From positions 11,658,001-11,722,000 of the forward strand of contig NC_087263.1 of NCBI RefSeq assembly GCF_037042905.1: a DNA stretch of 64,000 nucleotides. The letters run 5' to 3'. Numbering within the stretch: position 1 is the first letter of the stretch; every line of letters begins with the position of its first letter. Both the position numbers and the translations under genes were made by a program. Shown one piece after another: positions 25,843-36,802 of the stretch. The notes beneath the pieces were generated by a model that saw only the letters and a list, made by a program, of their open reading frames with translations, did no database searches and was not told the origin of the DNA. The DNA comes from Lytechinus pictus (taxonomy: Eukaryota).

Positions 25843-27389
25843 TATATTTTCAATATGTTTATGTGATAATTTTGACTATGGTTTTTTTGTACGTAGAAAA
25901 TTGTTATGTTTTATTGTTTAATTCTTTATATAATATGTACGAAACAAATTGTAATTGTTGGAAATGAAAAAAAAACCGAAATGAATGACGTGAAATGAAC
26001 ATATGCATATTAAGAACTAAGTAAGTAAAACAATCATAATTATAACGACAATTAAATGGAGTTTAAAAAAAGTAATTTAGATAGGTTGTTAACCTGGGAT
26101 GTATTGTTCAAAATATAAAAAAAAAACATAATGATGATAATTATTATTACTTCATGAATTCAAATGAATAATTTAGAATAAGTCGTGTACACATTGACGC
26201 TCATCTTGCTGTTAAAAATGTTTAATATGACTCGCGTTTATATAACAAAAAAAATCATATTTTTTAATTTTTATTGAAATAAAAGAAACAATTAAGGGCA
26301 CATCATCTAGCTTTGAGAATATAGAAACCTTACAATTCACGAAAAGCGCTTGACAAATAGACATCCGAAAGTCCATAAACGTCTATCAAGTCTATTACAG
26401 GCTTATCCCAATATCGCAATTCATAAGCATTCTGTATTAACACCGTCGCTATGAATTATGAAGAGAGGCATTAGTTTTATATGATAAAATCGTACGAAAA
26501 TGATTATGATTTATGAAAATAGCGCACGGTCAATCGGAAGCTAATTCGTATATGCTCTCATGTGGAAATCCTTATGAATTCTTAACATCTAGAGAAACAA
26601 AACAGACCCCAATCTAATATTGTCCATAGGATAAGAAACATTATTTATCGTTTAGGATCGACAATACGACGCGACGAGAATTGGTAATAACATGTCGCTA
26701 CTAAAACGAATAAGGAGAGTGACGATACCCGAATGGTATTAATGCGGGATTTATTGCATAATCTTACCGATATAGGGGTGTTAAATATTCATATTATATT
26801 GGATGGATCAGAATGGAAAACCAGAAATATTCCAAGAGTTAGGGCAAATATTCCACGATTCCACGGATTGAGGATGAGTGGAATATTGGCCCTAATGAGT
26901 TTTTAATGCATCGCTAAATTACTCTATATGGATAATAATGGTCGATATTGGGTATTGCTTGAGATATGAACAAAATAGCTGCAAAAACTTTGGTGAGACG
27001 AAATGCATTTACTTCAATGAATCAATAATCCGAACTTATAACTGTTAGACATTGATTAATAATGCCATGTCTTGATACCTTTAATGACGTTTCACTGCCT
27101 CCTACCAGTATTACACATTTATATGGAGGAGAGCTGCAACGGCCATGCCAGGAGCACCCCCTTCTTTTGATGGAAGGTTGAGGGCGGGGTGCGACCTTAA
27201 GGTGATACCATGAATCATATGATCAGTTCATGAAGTGACACAAGTTGTATGACATTTATACGGGCTGTATAATCTCTTTTTAACCGTGTATATTTAACCC
27301 CCCCCCCAAAAAAAAATGACATCAGTACGACCATATATTAAATGAAAAGATATGAACCAATCACCTAAGAACTTCTAATTAATGCTTAA

Positions 27390-27980
27390 AGGAGAAGTCC
27401 ACCCCAACAAAAAGTTTATTTGAATAAAAAGAGAAAAATCCAACAAACATAACAATGAAAATTTCATCAAAATTGGATGTAAAATAAGAAACTTACGACA
27501 TTTTAAATTTTACATCGCAAAACAGTTATATGCACATCCTGGTCGGTATGCAAATGAGGAGACTGATGACATCATCCACTCACTATTTCTTTTGTGTTTT
27601 ATTATATGAAATATGAAATATTCTAATTTTCTCCTCATTGTCAAGTGAAACAACAATAATTCCTCCCTGAACATATTGAATTAGCATTGTTTAATATTAT
27701 ATGGTTCAGTCAAGTTGGTCCACATTGTCAAATTTGTAAAAAATGAAATATTGTATAACTCAAACAATAAAAAACAAAATAAATAGTGAATGAGTGACAT
27801 CATCGACTGTCTCATTTGCACGTCAATGAGTTGTGCATATCAATGTTTTTTTGAAAAATAAGCGAAACTTTAAAATGTCATAACTTTCTTATATTACATC
27901 CGATTTTGATGAAATTTTGAGCCTAGTTTGGTTTTTCTCTATTTATTCAAATCGACATTTTCCTGTGGTGGACTTGACCT
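27390..27980. mobile_element. Kolobok-type MITE, family B
   Basis: TTAA|AGGAGAAGTCCACC ... GGTGGACTTGACCT|TTTA; long imperfect inverted arms with the ATAAGAAA(G/C)TTA motif shared with family A. Confidence 0.78.
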
Positions 27981-29515
27981 TTTATTCGTTTCCACACTCT
28001 TTATATTTTGTGAGCTAATCACTTTTTAATATGAGCAGCGGATTTCACTCTGCAAATTCTGAAAATTATAAGAAAACATTTTTGCATCTTTGGCCATCCT
28101 CCACCGCCACTCGTCGCCCCATCACATGACAAAAAAGAATGCCTACGGTGCTGAGGCGACCGAAACACATCCAACATAATTATGCAGTCTGCGTTTGGCG
28201 AAATGAAAAATGCGATGCAATTTGTTCTGCCATAATCAATTACACAAATTGGGCATAAGAGAATTTAATTGCATCGATGTGGGATCTATAAAATCTGTGT
28301 TCCGTCTCTATCTCACCAATGAAATCGACTTCAAACAGACTGATATTATACAAATATTTTACGCTTGTGAGCGTGATCGTTTCGAATATTATATGAGCGT
28401 GCAAGTTGATAGAATCTTTTCAACGACGCGAAGCGGATTTGAACAGACTGTTTAATTTGCTACGAACGTAATGTTCGAACGGTCTCACGAATGACAAAAC
28501 ATTGAATATTTGTTTTATATATAACACATGACTTGTAGATTTAGTCTTGACCAAATAACCCAAATAGATCGAAAGTATTAGGCTTATGAATGAACAAACA
28601 GGGCTAAGATTATGGTCTACCGGGCCTATCTTTGACCTTTTATTTCGCTAAATATAATTTTATCTGCGGCGTGGTGTATGTAGTGCAGAGATGCGGGTAC
28701 GCGCATGCAGTTATTGTGGAGGTGCAATCGATGGTACGCGCATATATTGAGTTTGGGAGCTATTGCACTTGCTCGATCGTGCAATAGTCGAATATTGCAC
28801 GGCTGGCTCTCTTGCTGGAGTGTGCAATAGCCGACTATTTGACGGGTGCCATGTTTTGGTTTGCTATAGCTGATACCTCTGAATGTCATGTGACGCGCAA
28901 TCATCCAATCAGCTGTCAAGGATCTATATATGCGTTGTATAAATTGTTTTAAAAACCTATCTATCTGACATGTCTGATAGTAAGTTTGCTATAGAAATTA
29001 TGCATATGTTGTTATAACAATACTTTATGAAACGGGACCTGTGTGTCTTTCGAAATATTATTGCAATAGCTCAGCTCGATCAGGGTCGATCCAGACTGGG
29101 TTTACTGTAGTACGACAACGACTGTCCTCCATTGGCCAAACCATGGTTTCAAAAGTAGGGGGTGGGGGGGGGGGGTGGGTACAGAGAAGAGAAAAAAAAA
29201 GTTGTGAGGCAGAGGGATGGAAAGAGTCACAAAGAACACATCGCTTGTATACCTTTGCTGATGTGAACACAGTTTTACCCAATGCAATCACAGTGTAATT
29301 ACAGTTTGCTCATAGTGTGGACTATTTGAATATCCTATTAATACTGCTAAACTGTGAAGTGTGAACACATTGGGGCATTGTGTTCCCTTCAGTAGGGACC
29401 GCTTAACTGAAAGTTGTGAGGTATGAAATTTGTATTCTAGAGTGGTCTGCAACTTTACTCACTTAAAATGTTGGGCAACATACTGTCCACTGTGTTGGGT
29501 AATGTACGTTGGTAA

Positions 29516-29553
<38 letters not shown>

Positions 29554-29886
29554 GTTGAACGGAAATAAATAAATCAAAATCTAAATCTAAATATATATAT
29601 ATATACACTGTTGGTCATAAAGGTGGAATATTTTTTTTTCACAAAATTTTCACAGCGTAATGACTACAACATGATTTGAATATGGCATTTATGGTGCATG
29701 ATAACCACTTTACTTTATTATTTTGCCTTTTACACGTTTAACAGTGATATTTTACAAGTTTATGTCCTAAGCGATGGGATTATGATATATTTATTTTCAA
29801 TCTCTCTCAGTTTTCCAGATGACTTCTTTTTTGTGATTTCATGGACAAATTTGCATCAAACTTGAGTCATTGTTCTTACTCAGTCA

Positions 29887-30910
29887 CTAGTATCGGGTAT
29901 ATCCACCCCTGGCACGAACCAGCGCATGCAGACGTCGTGGCATGCTGTCCACTAGCTTGTTGATGACGTCAACGGGCATAGCGTCCCATTCTTCCCTCAG
30001 AGCATCTGCCAACTCCTGCAAATTTTGAGGAATGACCTCTTTGTCGTTGATGGCTCGGCCTAGGGCATCCCATGCATGCTCTATGGGGTTCATATCCGGC
30101 GAACAAGCTGGCCATGGCAACTGTACGACGCCCTCTGCCTCCAGGAATTCCCTTACTGCAGCGGCCCTGTGCGGTCTAGCGTTGTCATCCTGCAAGTCGG
30201 AAATTGTGCCCATACACTCGTCTTGCATATGGAAGACAGTGGAACTCCAAGATATCCCTGTAGGCGGCGGCGTTGACGTTTCCGTCCGGAACCACCAGTG
30301 GCGTTTTCCCTCCATAATGGATGCCGGCCCATATCATCACTGAGCCGCCTCCGCCTTGAGTCGTCTCGTGGATACATTCATTGCGAATGTTTTCTCCGGC
30401 TAATCGACGAACTCGTTGTCTCCCATCCTTTCGGTCAAGGATGAACCGGCTCTCGTCCGTGAAGACCACATGTTGCCAATGTCCTGGATGAAGCCTTCTG
30501 TGCTCCCTAGCCCAAAGAAGACGAGCTACTCTGTGGCGAACAGACAGGCGTGGACATTTGGTCAACCGTCGTGCTCGGTAACCATGTTGGAGCAATCTGC
30601 GATTAACGGTTGACCGGGAAACGTTGATCCCATGATATCTCCTCCACAAGCGACGAAGACGGCTCGTGGGCAATTTCCGGTTTCTGCGGCTGAAATTTAA
30701 CAGTTGGCGATCATCTCTTATTGTGGTCAATCTGGGACGTCCTGGAGATTTCCTTGGCCGCACATTCCCCGCCTCACGTTGACGTTTCAGGATATTAGAG
30801 ACTGCACTCTGTGATATCCCTAGGACTTCTGCGATATCAGTCTGCTTGTAGCCCTCCTGTCGCAGTGCTACCACTCTCTCGCGTGTTGCTGTTGCCGTTG
30901 GACCAGGCAT
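29887..30910 (-). pseudogene. Tc1 DD34E transposase (~340 aa) with one +1 frameshift near 30194
   Basis: MPGPTA.. HTH region, GRPR, VFTDES, MIWAGI, then a frame switch to LQDDNARPH..WPACSPDMNPIEHAW; 34 residues between the second D and E; ends ARGGYTRY. Confidence 0.93.
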
Positions 30911-31079
30911 AGTCCAGGGAACGTCTCTACCGATTTTTATTTCAAACGGTACAAGGAACTCGAAAAAATGCAACCTTCTTAAACACAGTGCTAAATCAGG
31001 GAAAGGGACAGAATATCATATGCATAGGCTTTTATAGTCTACAACAAAATAATTTATTACGTAATCCAAATTTCTCATG

Positions 31080-31351
31080 TTATAATAATATAGGGTATTT
31101 ATATTGCGCACATAACCACCTTGTTAGGTGCTCAAGGCGCTCCTATATTACCCGGCTAAGCTAGGCGTTCATAGCGCACACAGCTTTTTAAGGAATAACT
31201 TCCTACCGGTACCCATTTACCTCACCTGGGTTGAGTGCAGCACACTGTGGATCAGTTTCTTGCTGAAGGAAATTACGCCATGGCTGGGATTCGAACCCAC
31301 GACCCTCTGTTTCAAAGTCCGAAGACAAATCCACTGGGCCATAATGTCACC
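31080..31351 (-). mobile_element. tRNA-derived SINE inserted in the Tc1 5' region
   Basis: A box TGGCCCAGTGG, B box GGTTCGAATCC, central CACTCAACCCAGGTGAGGTAAATGGGTACC, L2-like tail GCGCCTTGAGCA..GCGCAATATAAAT(TAT)n. Confidence 0.88.
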
Positions 31352-31579
31352 TGTGTAATGGGGAAACATTATGTAATCACTCAATTACCATTTTGTCTAC
31401 GCGTAGCCTTTCAAATACCAACAAAACTGTCGATTTTTATTCAAAAATATTTTATTCCACCTTTATGACCAACAGTGTATACATATATATAGGGGGTGGG
31501 GGGGGGGGGGATGGGTACAGAGAAAAAGATATGTATATATATATATATATAGATTTAAATAAATAAATCTAAATCTAAA

Positions 31580-31619
<40 letters not shown>

Positions 31620-31621
<2 letters not shown>

Positions 31622-34600
31622 TTTAGATTTAGTTTTATTTATTTCCGTTCAACATTTTTTTTTCAAAATATAATCAAAGTAACAATACATATTCATTATA
31701 ATACAGAAAGATCAATGAAATTTCGTAACAAATGTTGAATATAAATTAAACAAAACTACAGTGTGTTGCAATAATTTTATCTATGAAAAGAATGTAGAAA
31801 TGAACGGAGGGACTTGCCAAGAAAAGCAAAAGTTTGTAGAGAAGGCAAGCCCCTAAACTTAGTTTCAATACTAATTATAAACAAACTATATATACAACTA
31901 TATACAAAAATCGAGACGGACACAGAAGACAAGCTTAAAACAAGTAATCCACAAATATCAAAATAAAACGAATAAGCGACAACAAAAATAAGGGAACGTA
32001 GTTCAAATAATAATAATTGCAGTGATAACAAAAATATAATAACAACAATACTTACAAAATTTTAATAGGGAGGGAAAAGTGGCAAAGGAAGGAAAGAGGG
32101 AGATAAGGGATGTGCAAATAAAAAGTGCAAATGAAAAGAAGAACATGGCAGGTGCACAGGTCGTAATGAATTGTATCATGTTGTACTTGTAGTGTTTTTT
32201 TTTAATAAGTAAAGTTTGACAAATTTATTGGTAGTTAAAGGTTAAGTTATTTTGTAGTTTTAGTTTAGGTTATGTGTTAGCTTGACTTGTTGGTGTGGAG
32301 TATTGACAAATGAACATCTTTTTAAGTTTGCGTTTAAAAATATTAAGTTTTGTAGATTCTTTAAAGTCGTTGGGCAGGGAATTCCAATACACAGGTCCAA
32401 AAAAAGATAAAAGAGTTTTTAGCTAATATAGTACGGGTAGGGGGTAGGTGATAACAGTTACGTTGTCTCGTTGGGTAATCATGTATAGAGGAGTTTTTAC
32501 AGAACATATTTGAAAAAATTGAAAAGAGATCATCTTTGTTTAGTTTATACATAAATTGGGCGAGTTGGAAAATATATAAATCGCTCACTTTAAGAATATA
32601 ATTTTGGAAGAATAGTATATCTGTGTGTGATCTGAATTGGGTTTGAAAAATTATTCTAAGAGCCTTCTTCTGCAGCAACAGTATTTTTTGTAATTGTGTT
32701 TGGATCGCAGAACCCCATGCCAAAATGCCATAATTAATGTATGGTAATATTAATGTTTGATACAGTGTAAGTAAAGTGTGAGATGGGAGAAAATATTTGA
32801 GTTTGTTGATAATTCCGATGTTTCTTGAAATTGTTGTGCATATATTATTGATGTGTGGTTTCCATGATAGTTTATTATCAATAGTAACCCCCCAAAATCT
32901 GGTCTCTGAAACATTTTCAAGAACAGTATTATCAAAAATTAGGTTATCAGGTAATGTATTTATTCTGTTACTAAAAAGCATATAATTCGTCTTTTGTAAG
33001 TTGAGTGATAGTTTATTCGCCTTAATCCAGTCAGTGACATGTATGATTTCTGAGTTTACAATTCTTACAAGTTGGTTTACGTTATCATGAGAAAAGAAAA
33101 TGTTCGAATCGTCAGCAAACAATATAAATGTTAGTATATTTGAACTTTTTTAAATGTCATTAATATATGTAATAAAAAGAAGAGGACCAAGTAAACTACC
33201 CTGTGGTACTCCACATGTAATAGGAAGAGTAGAAGAAACAACGTTGTTGACTGACACAAATTGAGACCTGTCTGTTAGGTAGCTCTTGAACCACTCCAAG
33301 GCCTTCCCCCGAATACCATAAAACGAAAGTTTATGAAGAAGTATTTCGTGGTTAATGGTATTGAAGGCCTTGGAGAAGTCCAGGAAAATACCAACAGTAG
33401 ACAACCTTTATCTATAGAAGAAGTAATTTTATTAATAAGGGTCAGAATTGCATGCGAGGTGCTATGATTTTTGCGGAACCCAAATTGCGAGTTCGAAAAA
33501 GTATTGTATTTATTAAAGAACGTAATTGTACGAGTATGTTTTTCAAGAATTTTAGATAACGAAGTGAGCAATGAAATAGCACGGTAATTAGAAACAAGTT
33601 GATTATCACCTTTTTTGTAAAGGGGGTGACTTTGGCTATTTTCATGAGATTAGGTACCTTCCCTGTGTTCATAGAAACATTAAATATGTGGACCAGAGGA
33701 TCGACGATAATCAAAATAATTTTCTTAAGTAGGAAGTTAGGAATACCATCGAAACGTGGGCTCTTCTTGGTCTTTCTTGGTCTGTAGATTATTAACAATA
33801 TTAATAATTTCTCTTGTGTTTAATAGTAGGATTAAAAAATATAGAGTTTGGATTTGGGTTGTCAAGAAAACTGTTGAAAGATTTATGAGTTTGAGGGACT
33901 TTGCTTGCCAGATTGTTGCCAATATCTGAAAATTATGAATTAAATTCTTGTGCCATTGAGTTGTTGTCGTCGGTAATTGTATTGTTTGCTTTTATTTTTG
34001 ATATAGAAGTACTTTTTTTCTTTTTATTTAATGCTCCATTAATGATTTCCAATGTGTTCCTCATATCGTTTTTGTACAAATTGAGTTGGGAGGGATAATA
34101 TTCGCTTTTTGCAATGCGTAATAAAGTAGTAAGTGTTTTTTATATGAAGTATATTTAAAGCGAGATTCGTTACTTTGTTTAGTTATGTATTTTTAGTACA
34201 GGTTGTTCTTTCGGTTGATTGATCTCAAAAGTGATTTAGTAATCCAAGGATGGAGTGGAACCTTTGTATGATTTGATTTTCTGTTAGTGGTAAATGGAAC
34301 GTGAGTATCTAGAGAAGAGGTTAATTTGGAAATGAAAAAAGTTATATGCGTCATCAACGTCTGTGGATTCAAAAACATTTGACCAGTCTGTTGTATTTAA
34401 ATTATTAATTAGATTGTTTATGTTGTCATCAGCTATCTTTCGAAATGGAGTATTGAATGTGTCTTTCATGATAATTTTATTTGTAGATAATTTAGCAAAA
34501 ATTGGAAAGTGATCAGTAATGTCACTAAGGATAATACCGGCTTTGAGAATTTGTTGAGTTACTAAAAATATTATCAATCAAAGTGGCCGAGTTATCTGTC

Positions 34601-36679
34601 ACTCTTGTCGGTTTAGTGATAAGCGGTAAAAAAAAATATGAAAGAAACATTTCAAGAAACTCATGTGAGGTGCTGTTAGAATTACAATCTACTAAGTTTA
34701 TATTAAAGTCACCCATAAAAAAGCAATCTTTATTTTTCAAAACAGGATTTGATAAAATTTCATTAAGAGATTCTAAAAAAGTATTTACATTAGATTGAGG
34801 GGGTCTATAAAAAAACACCAAGTACTAAGTCTTTACCTTTGGCATGTTTGGGGTTTGTGACTTCAACAAACAAGGTTTCTAAAACGTCGATATGGTCATG
34901 TTAGCTATAAGAGTATGATCGTATTGTTGCGATATGTAAAGAGCGACACCACCCCCAGGTCTTAGAGTTCTATTGTTAACAATCAAATCAAAATAAGGGA
35001 GTGTGAATATGAAACATGGATTGTCAGAGAACCATGTTTCGGTTAAACCAATAAATGAAGATTTCGGAAACCCCGGTTTTTATCTAGAAATAGTCTAAGT
35101 TTATCAAAGTTTTTACTGGCACTCTAATATTAAAATGGAGAAGAAAAAAAAACTTTCGCCAGTGTTATCTGATGTAATGTATAATTTGAAATGTTATTCT
35201 GTAAAATAATGTGATGTAGTGAGCTGTCCGAAGTGATCATTAGCATCCAAGTTTTAATTAAGATCGGATGTATTATTGTCCATAAAACTCTGTATGTGTG
35301 CACCATAGTTGGAATTATCATGATTATCTAATGTGCGAGTAACGCCATGTTGCGCCGAGAGAGACAACAAGTCATCGTTATTTAAGGAGCTAAATGGAAA
35401 CCTAGAAAAATCCGTCATTAGCAGGGCAGATGGTGGTTAGATGAAGCCTAAAAGAAAACAATACACTATGCTATGTGCCTGTTCCTGAGTATGTGTAGAA
35501 TAGAAGAAGAAAAAATGTGTGACAGTGAAAGGGCAATACAAGAGGAGTAAAGGAAGAAAGATAAAGAAAAACAAAAACAAAGCAGGGGAATTGAAAACTA
35601 GTGTAAGGTATAATGACCTTGTGCCGTGCAAACTTTGGAAGGGGGTTGGAAATAAAGAAGATGAAAAACAGGACAAAAATGAAAACAAAACAAACTTGAC
35701 TGATCCTTAGTGAATTACTAAAAATAGGCCTAACGTAAACAAACAAACAACAAATATCAACAGAACGTACTAAGCAAAATAAAGCAAGGACAGAAAAATA
35801 ACCATACTGTGTCCGTCTCTCCTGAAGCGTGATGAAATCTATAAAAAAACAAAAACAAACAAGGTCATATCAAATGGAGAAAGCTAAATAGTAATAAAAA
35901 AAAACATAGCAGAAAACAGGATTTAAGCCTGTGTGATCTGTAGGAGAAAGATCGATCAATGAATGTATTCTAGTGGTCTATCCGCAAATACATGTCGCGA
36001 TATGCATATACAAAACAAAAGCAAAGAAGATTCTGCAGTCCGAAGGATGGTTAAAAAGAAAAGAAAGAACCAATAACTTTTAAATGCTTGCAGATTTGTA
36101 ACAAATTCAGCATTGAATGCACGCGATATACGCATGAATGGTTACAGACACAATACCCCATGTTGCAATAAAAAAATGTACATGCTAAATTTTTATAGTA
36201 CAATTACTTAATTTATTTAAGAACTGACAAAAAATAACAAAATAAACATACGTTTAGTAATTTTTGTGTTTTGAAAAAAATAGCAGGAGAGCAAAAGCAC
36301 TGTATGAAACCTCTAATGACATTTTTATTCAAGGATGCTAGATTGAAAAAAGTAGGCCCGAGTGAGGAAAATTATACCCAAAAAAAACCGCATAATGCTC
36401 AATAAGGCACAAATATAGGCTGGCAGAGTTTTTAACAATTTAACGCAAGATTTCAGAAGACAAATGCAGAAAGGCACTATAAGAAAATTTCATATCAATA
36501 AACATACAAAAAATCATTGCATAAGTATACGTCAGTGGTAAGTGGTTCTCAGGGGAAAAAAAACAAGAGAGAAAAAAAAATTGCAATGATTTAAGATTGT
36601 GTTAACGATGCATATTCTAGGTAGTTCTCAAATTCACTGCAGGAACGCTCGCGAAACTCGCTAACGCACCGATTCCTCC

Positions 36680-36682
<3 letters not shown>
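31620..36682 (-). mobile_element. CR1-group LINE (Crack/Daphne/L2-like), apparently full length, ~5.06 kb
   Basis: Both ends abut (TA)n; CpG-rich 5' tip; ORF2 remnants; 3' AATAAA(TCTAAA)n tail. Confidence 0.88.
32293..35418 (-). pseudogene. LINE ORF2 (APE + RT), heavily frameshifted
   Basis: Start MTDFSRFPFSSL at 35418; [68 protein letters not shown]; 3' boundary approximate. Confidence 0.9.
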
Positions 36683-36729
<47 letters not shown>

Positions 36730-36756
36730 GTATATGTATATGTATATATACATGTA

Positions 36757-36787
<31 letters not shown>

Positions 36788-36802
36788 ATATATATATATA
36801 TA
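36683..36802. repeat. (TA)n/(TATATG)n microsatellite
   Basis: Seen directly; other (TA)n tracts at ~5606-5645, 19480-19547, 19966-20010, 29519-29550 and 31582-31619. Confidence 0.95.

Larger units (their letters stand above)
29606..31477 (-). mobile_element. Tc1 DNA transposon, full length
   Basis: Perfect 25-bp TIR CACTGTTGGTCATAAAGGTGGAATA at both ends; TA flanks; transposase inside. Confidence 0.96.

Noticed and set aside
31280..31351. tRNA-like sequences with A/B boxes (also 45340-45413 and 63170-63247)
   Set aside because: They are SINE heads continuous with SINE bodies and tails, without a full cloverleaf
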